The notes beneath the pieces are model-generated. The model saw only the letters and a program-made list of their open reading frames with translations, was not told where the DNA came from and did no database searches. The position numbers were made by a program, and so were the translations under genes. Positions 8,269-15,523 of a DNA stretch of 64,000 bases are shown here, in pieces. Location of the stretch: the NCBI GenBank assembly GCA_934700895.1, contig CAKUXV010000001.1:199733-263732 (forward strand), read 5' to 3'. Source of the stretch: an uncultured Bacilli bacterium (lineage in GTDB: Bacteria; Bacillota_I; Bacilli_A; RFN20; CAG-826). Every line of letters begins with the position of its first letter. The first letter of the stretch is position 1.

Positions 8269-9801
8269 TCAAAACATCATTTCGTAATCCACTAAGCCAT
8301 CGTAGAAGTCTTTCTCGTGGCTGACGATGATGACTCCGCCCGGGAAGCGCTCAATCGCATCGAACAAAGCGTCTTTGGCTTTTTGGTCTAGGTGATTGGT
8401 CGGCTCGTCAAGCACCAAAAAATTGCTTTTTTTCAAGGTCATCAAAGCGAAGCGGGCTTTCGTGACCTCACCTCCGCTTAATTCGTTCATCGGTCGCAAC
8501 GCCAATTCTTTTCTTACCCCTGTCGCCCCTAAACAGGTCCGGATTTGGGTATTCGTGAGGGAGGGGTAGGCTTCGTGGATGTAATCGAAAGGGGATAAAT
8601 TCAAATTGATCCGCTCATCTTGGCCGTAATAATTGATCGTCGTTCCCTCTAACCAGGTATAGGTTCCTCCTAGAGAAGGAATCTCGCCTAAAATCGTTTT
8701 GATAAACGTGGTTTTGCCCACGCCGTTTTGGCCAAGGATCGCAATCTTCTCGCCTTTTTTGAGCAAGAAAGATATCCCTTCTAATAAGGGGGTTCCATAG
8801 CCAATCGAAAGGTTTTCTACACGCAGGGGTTTTTCTCCGACATCATGGGTGAAGGGGAAATTAAAATGCACATGCCCCTCTTCTTTTCCGGGGGCTTCCA
8901 TGACATCGAGGTGAGCCAAACGGGCCCGGTGGCTTTTCGCGGCTTTGGCGCTGGTCGCGCGAACGATGTGCTTGGCGATGAAGTCTTCTTCCTTTTTGAT
9001 GTAACGTTGTTGGGCCGCATAATTCTTCGCGTATTGCTCTTTGTCGAGCTCGTGCTGAACCTGATATTGTTCAAACGTCCCCTTATAACGGGTGATGGTT
9101 TGATTTTCGAGACAGAAGGTAACGCCAGCGATTTGCTTTAAGAAGGCCTCGTCGTGGCTAACGACTAAGAAGGCATTAGGATAATGAATCAAATAAGAAG
9201 CGAGCCAAGCGACTTGGATTTGGTCTAAGAAGTTCGTGGGCTCGTCCATTAAAAGAACGTCTTTTTCTTCGAGAAGCATCTTGGCCAAATAGGCTTTTTC
9301 CCTTTGGCCCGAGGAAAGAAGATGAAGGGGCTTTTCCAGATCGCTCTTGTCAAAGCCAAGCCCGTCGGTCAGCCTTCCTACTTTTTCTTGAAGACTATAA
9401 AACCCGGAAGCGTTCAGCTCATCGCCTAATCGCATCGCTTTATCCAGCAATTTTTCGTAATCGCCCTCTCCGTTTGCGGCATCCGCGTAGAGTTGCTCCA
9501 TCCGTTTCTCCTTATCAAAGAGATCCTTGTAGACCCCATAAAGATAACTGGATACTGGCATGTCTTGATGGACCTTCAACTGCTGATCCAAATAAGAATA
9601 AGTGACATGAGGCTCCCAAGAAATCGTCCCCTTGTCCGGGCGTAAATCCCCGACGATCAAAGATAATAAGGTCGATTTCCCCGAACCATTGACCCCCACA
9701 AGGACTCCATGTTCCCCGGGGTTTAGTTTTAAGTTCACTCCCTTATAGAGTTCTTTGTCCGAATAATTGAAGGTAACATCGCGAAGTTCAAGTAAAGCCA
9801 T
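8269..9801 (-). CDS. ABC-F family ATPase (translation factor / ribosome-associated type)
   Basis: 510 aa with two NBDs (GVNGSGKST and GQNGVGKTT; LSSGQ and LSGGE), no TM segments and an inter-domain linker. Confidence 0.85.
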   Translation of the reverse strand: MALLELRDVTFNYSDKELYKGVNLKLNPGEHGVLVGVNGSGKSTLLSLIVGDLRPDKGTISWEPHVTYSYLDQQLKVHQDMPVSSYLYGVYKDLFDKEKRMEQLYADAANGEGDYEKLLDKAMRLGDELNASGFYSLQEKVGRLTDGLGFDKSDLEKPLHLLSSGQREKAYLAKMLLEEKDVLLMDEPTNFLDQIQVAWLASYLIHYPNAFLVVSHDEAFLKQIAGVTFCLENQTITRYKGTFEQYQVQHELDKEQYAKNYAAQQRYIKKEEDFIAKHIVRATSAKAAKSHRARLAHLDVMEAPGKEEGHVHFNFPFTHDVGEKPLRVENLSIGYGTPLLEGISFLLKKGEKIAILGQNGVGKTTFIKTILGEIPSLGGTYTWLEGTTINYYGQDERINLNLSPFDYIHEAYPSLTNTQIRTCLGATGVRKELALRPMNELSGGEVTKARFALMTLKKSNFLVLDEPTNHLDQKAKDALFDAIERFPGGVIIVSHEKDFYDGLVDYEMMF

Positions 9802-9819
9802 AACGAGCCAAATATACCA
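9799..9819 (-). promoter_or_regulatory. Extended -10 TGgTATATT, 9-nt spacer, ATG; no SD (near-leaderless ABC-F)
   Basis: Minus strand reads tatttaTGgTATATTtggctcgttATG. Confidence 0.45.
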
Positions 9820-9938
9820 TAAATAGGAGGATTCTCGAAGGGATAAGCGATATTTGAAAATAGAATGTAAAGAATGAAAGCAAATATTTTTATTCCTGAT
9901 TTTTAATCAAAAAAGTTGGCTGTTTACGGGCATTATTT

Positions 9939-9979
9939 ATGAAAGCGTTTACTGAAAGCGCTATCGAAAACGCTTTCAA
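9939..9979. promoter_or_regulatory. Three abutting cre-like (CcpA/LacI-type) boxes with 13-nt phasing
   Basis: Compared with WTGNAANCGNWNNCW: ATGAAAGCGTTTACT (9939-9953) is a perfect fit. CTGAAAGCGCTATCG (9952-9966) has 2 edge mismatches. The reverse complement of 9965-9979, TTGAAAGCGTTTTCG, has 1 mismatch. Confidence 0.45.
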
Positions 9980-9991
9980 ATTTTACCCCTC

Positions 9992-10019
9992 TTGCACCTC
10001 GTTTTTCTAAGGGTATAAC
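9992..10019 (+). promoter_or_regulatory. Candidate promoter TTGCAC-16 nt-TATAAC for the 47-aa ORF
   Basis: Read directly; about 55 nt upstream of the ATG at 10076. Confidence 0.4.
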
Positions 10020-10075
10020 TTAGCTGCCTGAAGAAAACAGGCGCAAGTAAAAAAAGGAATTTGGAGGAAAAGAAA

Positions 10076-10219
10076 ATGCTTAACGAAGAACAATTCACCG
10101 AAAAACTAGAAAGCCTCGCGAAAAATGGGTTCCGCCTTTGCCCCATCGATGCCGAAGAGGATGATTCGAAGGTTGAAGACGATCCGGTTTACCCTTACGA
10201 CTACGCTTATAACAACTAA
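10076..10219 (+). CDS. Small acidic protein, 47 aa, unknown function
   Basis: Too short for the ORF track. GGAGG lies 8 nt upstream of the ATG. MLNEEQFTEKLESLAKNGFRLCPIDAEEDDSKVEDDPVYPYDYAYNN. A strong terminator follows. Confidence 0.55.
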   Translation: MLNEEQFTEKLESLAKNGFRLCPIDAEEDDSKVEDDPVYPYDYAYNN

Positions 10220-10240
10220 TTGAACGGTTAGGAATAGGAA

Positions 10241-10270
10241 TGCCGCCCCGTTGGGCGGTTTTCTTTTTGT
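10241..10270 (+). terminator. Rho-independent terminator
   Basis: CCGCCCcgttGGGCGGttttcttttt. Confidence 0.8.
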
Positions 10271-10899
10271 CTCTATTGGAGGCCAGACGTTGTATACTCT
10301 CGTGTATTATACTCATGAGTATATAAGAAGAATGCCCCTTATTATCTTAATTATTTAGATGTATCCCCGAGGAATTCTGGGGCCACTAGTTCCTTAGCGA
10401 CATCCATGAGCTTGCTGCATAAACTGCCTAGCTAATACCATGCCTTTTTTCTTTGCTGGGTTCCGGCTTTTGATAATAGGAACCGCTGACATGGAAACGG
10501 TTTTATTTGTTTGGATAACTCTTTGATGCCCTGGTTAGAGTATCCACGCAAAACCATGTTCGTTTTCCTTGCCAATGGAGGAAACTATAAATAATGGACC
10601 AACCCAATTTGTCAGACAATGCTTGGCCTTTTGGAGTGTCCTGGCATGTCCGGCCTTCCCATCCAATAAGAGTTTTCATTCATCTAGAAACAAAAGAAAC
10701 TATCAAAACTTTGCCTTATATCCCCGTGAGTATAAAACTCATAAATATAAAGGCGGGGGGCAAGACCAAACCTGTTTTGAAACACAAACCCCGATATCGA
10801 AGGAGGGACTTGGGGACGCCTTGTTCAAGGGGGAAGGCATGATTTGATATAGGCAGGAAACGAGTCTGGACCCCATTCCAAAAGTTCCCACTATTGATC

Positions 10900-11345
10900 A
10901 TTTTTCATGAAGAAGAAATTGCTATTGCTGCTACCGATTTGCTTAGGGGACTGCTCGCTGAAGGAGTACAAGGCCAAAAAACATATCATCGACACGAAGA
11001 TGGTCTTGCGTCGACACCACGTATATTCCCCATTGCTCTTGCGAACTATCCCTTTACAAAGATTCCTACGAACTCTTTTATCATGAAGACGCCGTCCAAA
11101 CTCCTAGTGCATATGAAGAGGCGGTGGGCAAAAAAAGTTAGCGGGAAATGGTCCTATTTTCGTTCCATTACTAAATCCTGGATCGGCGATTGGAACGTTA
11201 AGCAAAGCGTTGCCTACCACGTTGTTCAAATAGAATGCCATCCTCGGTTATGACGACGTCGGTTATCTTTGCTGCGAAACTGGCAGCAACATCATGTATA
11301 TGGAAAGGAACGAACCCTCTTCCGCCGACGGCATGACCTTTTCCA
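10900..11345 (-). pseudogene. Frameshifted relic of an unidentified protein gene
   Basis: Protein-like minus-strand stretches sit in three different frames: GKGHAVGGRGFVPFHIHDVAASFAAKITDVVITEDGILFEQ, NVPIADPGFSNGTKIGPFPANFF and QEQWGIYVVSTQDHLRVDDMFFGLVLL. Each ends in a stop. Family not recognised. Confidence 0.35.
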
Positions 11346-11391
11346 CGCGCTTTAGGCTAAAAGAGTAATCCGCTATTTCCCTGCTGAAAAT

Positions 11392-11426
11392 AAAAAAACT
11401 TGAGATCTTTCGAGCCTCAAGTTTTG
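11392..11426. terminator. Bidirectional hairpin terminator (A7 / CTTGAG...CTCAAG / T4)
   Basis: aaaaaaaCTTGAGatctttcgagcCTCAAGtttt. On the minus strand it follows tRNA-Leu(GAG). Confidence 0.6.
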
Positions 11427-11435
11427 CTTGTTAAA

Positions 11436-11520
<85 letters not shown>

Positions 11521-11631
11521 AGCGACGCTTATTATATCGATGCGTGGTAAGACGTTGCAAGAGGGAAGTTTGCAAATTAGGGAAATTGCTGCTGAAATCG
11601 ATGGTTTTCCAAGAATGCAAAGCCCGTCGAA

Positions 11632-13227
11632 TCAAGCAAATTGCGGGAAGAACGCGCATGCGGCCCCGAAATAAATGAGCAACGTGCAGACGTCCATGAC
11701 GGTCGTTAAAAGAGGCGAAGCAAGAAGCGCGGGGTCTTTTTTGATGGATGCGGCCAACATGCAAAGGCTGACACCAACCACTTTGGAGAAGGAAACGGCG
11801 AAGAACATGGTGACGCTGACCAAGGCCGAAAAGGTCAAAGCATGGACAGCAAAGGGTCCAGCGATATCGGGGGCAAAGGCGCTGCCATTCCAAATATTCA
11901 CGCCATTGAAATCATAATGATGGCCGTTAGGATCCCCAACTTTACCGAGGTTTACGATGCCTGTATATTGCTCAATGGTAATCCAAAGGAAGCTGAAGAT
12001 GGCGACGAAAGCGGCAACAATCAAAGCGCAACGGAATTCGCGCCACAAGACTTTTCCAACGTCTTTCGCGCTGAATTCACGTGTGGCAAGACCGCGAATC
12101 ATTAGTCCCGTGGTTTGGTTGCCCGCGTTTCCGCCGGTATCCATCAAGGTGGGGACGAAGGAAATAAGAATGGGAAGGCTCGTGAAAATCATCTGAGCTT
12201 CCAAACGATTGAGCACCAAGGTGGTGAAGGTTCCAAGGATCAACAAAGCGATGATCCAAGGGATGCAGTGCTTCGCATTGGTCCAAACCGACATTTGGAG
12301 ATAAGGCTCTTCGCTAGGCTCCATATTGGTCATACGCGCCATATCTTCGTTGGACTCTTCATTGATGACGTCGACCGCGTCGTCGATGGTGATGACACCA
12401 ACCAGGCAATCATCGCCATTTAAAACGGCCAAGGCGTTCAAGTCATAACGAGAGAACATAACGCCGACTTCTTCCTGGTCGGTGTTGGTGGAGACACTGA
12501 CGACGTCTTCATTCATGATGTCGCTGAGCGGCTGCTCGGGTTTGGCAAAAATCAAATCGTCCAAGTCGACGGTGCCAACGAATTTGCGTTGGGGGTTTCG
12601 GACGAAAATCGTATAGATGGTTTCCGCGTCTTTCCCTTTTTGACGGATGAAGGATATCGCTTGCTGAACGGTTGTGGAATCAAGCAATTCGATATATTCC
12701 GTGGTCATGATCGAACCAGCGGTATTCTCATGATAACGGAGCAGTTGGTTGATGTCCGCCCTCATGTCTTTGTCGGCAGCCTGCAGGACTTTACTGGCGA
12801 GGTTCGCGGGCAAGTCCCCAATCGTATCGGCCACGTCGTCGGCACTTTGAGTATTGATGATCTGAACCAGATCGCGATTGGTCATCGCGGTGATGATTTC
12901 TTGTTTGGTGTCGGGGGCAAGGTCATCGAAGAATTCCGCGGTATAGGCGGATTCGATGTTACGAAAAACGTAAATCAGCTCCTCGGGGGTTAATCCGTTT
13001 GCCGCGTCGGAGATATCGATGGTCGGAACGTGATCAAAAACGTTTAAAAGGCCTTGACGGTCTTTGGTGTCGATAAGATGGCGAAGTTCCTCCTCCGAGG
13101 TTTTCTCGACGTCGATTTCGTCATCGTCGTCTTCGGGGTTAGGAGGAAGAGGCGAAGGAGATGCCTCGAGATTTTTGCCAACGCTTTCGATTTTTTCGTT
13201 GGATTCGTGGGGTTTATTTTCTTCCAT
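11632..13227 (-). CDS. mgtE: Magnesium transporter MgtE, with an acidic N-terminal extension
   Basis: 531 aa with the MgtE N-domain, CBS pair and C-terminal TM domain (...MDTGGNAGNQ...). AGGAGG RBS. Confidence 0.88.
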   Translation of the reverse strand: MEENKPHESNEKIESVGKNLEASPSPLPPNPEDDDDEIDVEKTSEEELRHLIDTKDRQGLLNVFDHVPTIDISDAANGLTPEELIYVFRNIESAYTAEFFDDLAPDTKQEIITAMTNRDLVQIINTQSADDVADTIGDLPANLASKVLQAADKDMRADINQLLRYHENTAGSIMTTEYIELLDSTTVQQAISFIRQKGKDAETIYTIFVRNPQRKFVGTVDLDDLIFAKPEQPLSDIMNEDVVSVSTNTDQEEVGVMFSRYDLNALAVLNGDDCLVGVITIDDAVDVINEESNEDMARMTNMEPSEEPYLQMSVWTNAKHCIPWIIALLILGTFTTLVLNRLEAQMIFTSLPILISFVPTLMDTGGNAGNQTTGLMIRGLATREFSAKDVGKVLWREFRCALIVAAFVAIFSFLWITIEQYTGIVNLGKVGDPNGHHYDFNGVNIWNGSAFAPDIAGPFAVHALTFSALVSVTMFFAVSFSKVVGVSLCMLAASIKKDPALLASPLLTTVMDVCTLLIYFGAACAFFPQFA

Positions 13228-13341
13228 GGCTCATTGCCTCCTTTCATTGCCCTTAAGGATAGCCATTTTTTAAAGTTTCAGTTAGTCTTTTCGTATCTCG
13301 GCTCCATAGAAAATTTCTAAGCCTTTATTTTTTGATGTTCG

Positions 13342-14293
13342 TTGCTCAAACTTAAGGCCGTGAAAGCCGCTTTATTAATTCTTATTTTTCAACCTCGTGA
13401 ACGGGTTTTGCCCTTTCTCAAGAAATTTCATGCGGACGATTTTGATGCCCTGCTCGTCGTAGACGATGGGTCGGGGAAAAATTACGTGGATACCTTTGAA
13501 GCCGTTGAAGGCCAAACCCCGTTTGAAGTTGTCTCGTATTTGGAAAACAAGGGGAAGGGGTACGCCCTGGTTTCGGTATGAAAAGCTCCAAGAGAAAATC
13601 CCGGATTTGGATTATTTCGTCACCGCGGACGGGGGATGGCCAGCATGCCTATGAAGGCATCCACAACGTAAAAGAAGATGCTTTTGCCTCTTCCCCGCCT
13701 TGGTGATTGGTTCCCGCGACTTCGATCAAATGATTCATAAATCCCAAGTGGGACGGAAGTGGGCCACGTTTTATTTTCGCCTAGCGACCGGCCAATCCGT
13801 GGGGGACACCCAGTCGGGATTACGTGCTATCCCCCGTCGTTTCTTTGGTTTGGCCGATATTTGCTATGGCGATTGTTACGAATATGAAATGAATTTCCTT
13901 CTCGCCGTAGCAAGGCAATCCAAAATCCAAGAGGCCTTCATTCAAACGATTTATTTCGATGGAAGGAACAACGATACGCATTTTCGACTTTTCTACGATT
14001 CCCTGAGCATTTCTGGCGCTTCCCTCCTATACCTTTTATTTTCCTTCTTGTTTTATGGGCTGTTCCTAGGAAACTATTGGGCGTTGTCCAGGTGGGCATT
14101 CCCTGACGCATTAACCAACCCCTTGTCGAACTTAGCCGCCCTTGGCATTGCCTATGGAGGCACGGCAATCCTCGACTATATCTGCCTCGAATTCCCCACT
14201 TTCCATCATCGAAGGGGATACGGCCATAGCTTTTGGAAATTCTTGGGCTTTGCCCTCCTCTCTTCTGGTTTTGCTCATGGATTCTCCGAGTGA
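13342..14293 (+). pseudogene. Family-2 glycosyltransferase (membrane-anchored GtrB/bactoprenol type) with at least 3 frameshifts
   Basis: GT2 motifs are spread over frames: LVVDDGSG...NKGKGYAL (frame 1), FRYEKLQEKIPDLDYFVTADG (frame 2), GDGQHAYEGIHNV (frame 3), then LVIGSRDF...DTQSGLRAIP...YEYEMNFL plus TM helices (frame 2). Confidence 0.7.
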
Positions 14294-14420
14294 TAGAAAT
14301 TAAGCTGGCCACATCTAGTTGGCATCGCCGCCATCCTCCAAATTCCCTTGCGAATCGCCCATTATTTCACGAACCATATATTGGGTTTTCGTTCAAAAAG
14401 CGAAAAAGCGCTGAGCCTTT

Positions 14421-14451
14421 TTGCCCCTTCGCGTAGCGAGGGTGTTATAAT
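14421..14451 (+). promoter_or_regulatory. Promoter with extended -10 (TTGCCC ... TGtTATAAT)
   Basis: Read directly. AAGGAGA RBS at 14463-14469 precedes the ATG at 14481. Confidence 0.5.
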
Positions 14452-14480
14452 CCCTTCGTCACAAGGAGATTATTTTATTT

Positions 14481-15185
14481 ATGCCAGAAAAAATCTTAGT
14501 CGAAACCTCGGCGCGCCACGTGCACGTGACCCAGGAAACGTTGGAAGTCCTCTTCGGAAAGGGACACCAACTCGAAGTCCGCAAAATGCTTTCTCAGCCG
14601 GGCCAATTTGCCTCGACGGACAAAGTCGAAGTTCTCGGCTACAACAACCCCAAGAAAGATCCGGAGGGCAAACTTCCCCGTCCGAGCGCTAAATTCTCGA
14701 TTCTTGGACCGGTTCGCGATCATAACCAAGTCGAAGTGTCCTTCACCGATGCTCGTACCCTTGGCTTAACCGCCCCCGTCCGTGAATCCGGCGACATCAA
14801 AGGATCCGGCAAATGCACCCTTCGTGGGCCTGCAGGAGAAGTGGACCTCGAAGAAGGCGTTATTGTTGCCAAACGCCACATCCACATGACCCCAGAAGAC
14901 GCCGCTAACTTCGGCGTTCAAAATGGCGAAATCGTCGCCGTTTTGGTCGATACGGGAAAAGGGCGCGCCACCATTTTTGGCGACACCGTCATCCGTGTTT
15001 CCCCCAAATACGCCCTTGCCATGCACATCGATACCGATGAATGCAACGCTTGCTGCGGTTCGGGCGAAGTCTATGGCGAACTCATCCATTTGGAATCCTG
15101 CGATTGCGATTGCGATCACGAAGAGGGTCACTGCTGCTGTGGCGAACACGGCCACGAAGAAGGCCATTGCTGCTGCGGTAAGTAA
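14481..15185 (+). CDS. pduL: Phosphate propanoyl/acetyl-transferase PduL with a Cys/His-rich C-terminal tail
   Basis: SARHVHV..., LSQPGQFA, ...AKRHIHM..., HIDTDECNA are PduL hallmarks. The tail is CDCDCDHEEGHCCCGEHGHEEGHCCCGK. Confidence 0.85.
   Translation: MPEKILVETSARHVHVTQETLEVLFGKGHQLEVRKMLSQPGQFASTDKVEVLGYNNPKKDPEGKLPRPSAKFSILGPVRDHNQVEVSFTDARTLGLTAPVRESGDIKGSGKCTLRGPAGEVDLEEGVIVAKRHIHMTPEDAANFGVQNGEIVAVLVDTGKGRATIFGDTVIRVSPKYALAMHIDTDECNACCGSGEVYGELIHLESCDCDCDHEEGHCCCGEHGHEEGHCCCGK
15099..15182 (+). repeat. In-frame tandem repeats encoding (CD)3 and 2x HEEGHCCCG
   Basis: tgcgat x3, followed by two roughly 30-nt near-repeats (cacgaagagggtcactgctgctgtggc / cacgaagaaggccattgctgctgcggt). 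Confidence 0.8.
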
Positions 15186-15188
15186 ATT

Positions 15189-15464
15189 ATGGAGAAGACC
15201 TTCATTTATCGGCCTTCCTCCGTTTGCTCCCAGGAAATGCGCATCGTCTACGATGACGAAACGCATAAAATCATCCGTTACGTCTCCGTGCGTGGATGCC
15301 CCGGTAATAGCCAGGGCCTTGGCGCATTGCTTGTTGGGATGGACCTCGAAGAGGCAAAAAACCGCTTAAGAGGCATTCGTTGCCCTGGGTCGAGAACCGG
15401 GGAAACCTCCTGCCCCGATCAATTAAGCCATGCGATTGAGGAAATCCTGAAAGGCAAGAAATAA
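15189..15464 (+). CDS. TSCPD-domain protein (TIGR03905-like)
   Basis: 91 aa with ...VRGCPGNSQG... and ...ETSCPDQL.... Starts 4 nt after the pduL stop. Confidence 0.7.
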   Translation: MEKTFIYRPSSVCSQEMRIVYDDETHKIIRYVSVRGCPGNSQGLGALLVGMDLEEAKNRLRGIRCPGSRTGETSCPDQLSHAIEEILKGKK

Positions 15465-15473
15465 GGATCTATC

Positions 15474-15508
15474 AAAAAAAGCGATTCCCGCGAAGGAACC
15501 GTTTTTTT
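15474..15508. terminator. Bidirectional terminator between convergent genes
   Basis: aaaaaaaGCGATTCCcgcgaaGGAACCGttttttt (one mismatch in the stem). Confidence 0.6.
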
Positions 15509-15523
15509 CTATGCGCTTAGCGA

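Noticed and set aside
10390-10422. The plus-strand reading ...FLSDIHELAA-TAA, followed by aactgcctagctaa, resembles a tmRNA tag ORF (ends in LAA, with a stop context like E. coli ssrA).
   Set aside because: I found no tRNA-like domain on either strand within several hundred nt. There is no GGGG...UUCGA 5' arm, no GGUUCGA-type T-loop and no ...CCACCA 3' end. The candidate tag lies only about 10 nt from the nearest GGGG. It is most likely coincidence, and cmscan with the tmRNA model would settle it.
10320-10900. RNase P RNA, SRP RNA, or known riboswitches (glycine, c-di-GMP, TPP, cobalamin, ykkC, fluoride) in the ORF-free region.
   Set aside because: Signature strings such as GAGGAAAGUCC, the SRP GGAA/AGCA motif, CUGAGA...ACCUGA and the B12 box are absent on both strands. 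Only vague partial resemblances exist (GGCAAGACC, GGGGACGCC).
13228-13341. M-box (Mg2+) riboswitch upstream of mgtE.
   Set aside because: Only about 110 nt separate mgtE from the next gene. That is too short for an M-box (about 160 nt), and none of its conserved blocks is visible. The AGGAGG RBS lies 9 nt from the ATG.
14766-15266. Long antisense ORFs opposite real genes: 14766..15266, 19817..20320, 20959..21492, 33833..34435, 34592..35089, 38362..38835, 52462..53040, 54155..54703 and 62539..63183.
   Set aside because: All are embedded in well-supported genes with recognisable motifs on the other strand. Their products are low-complexity or Gly/Arg-biased with no RBS. These are typical shadow frames in a genome of this GC content.
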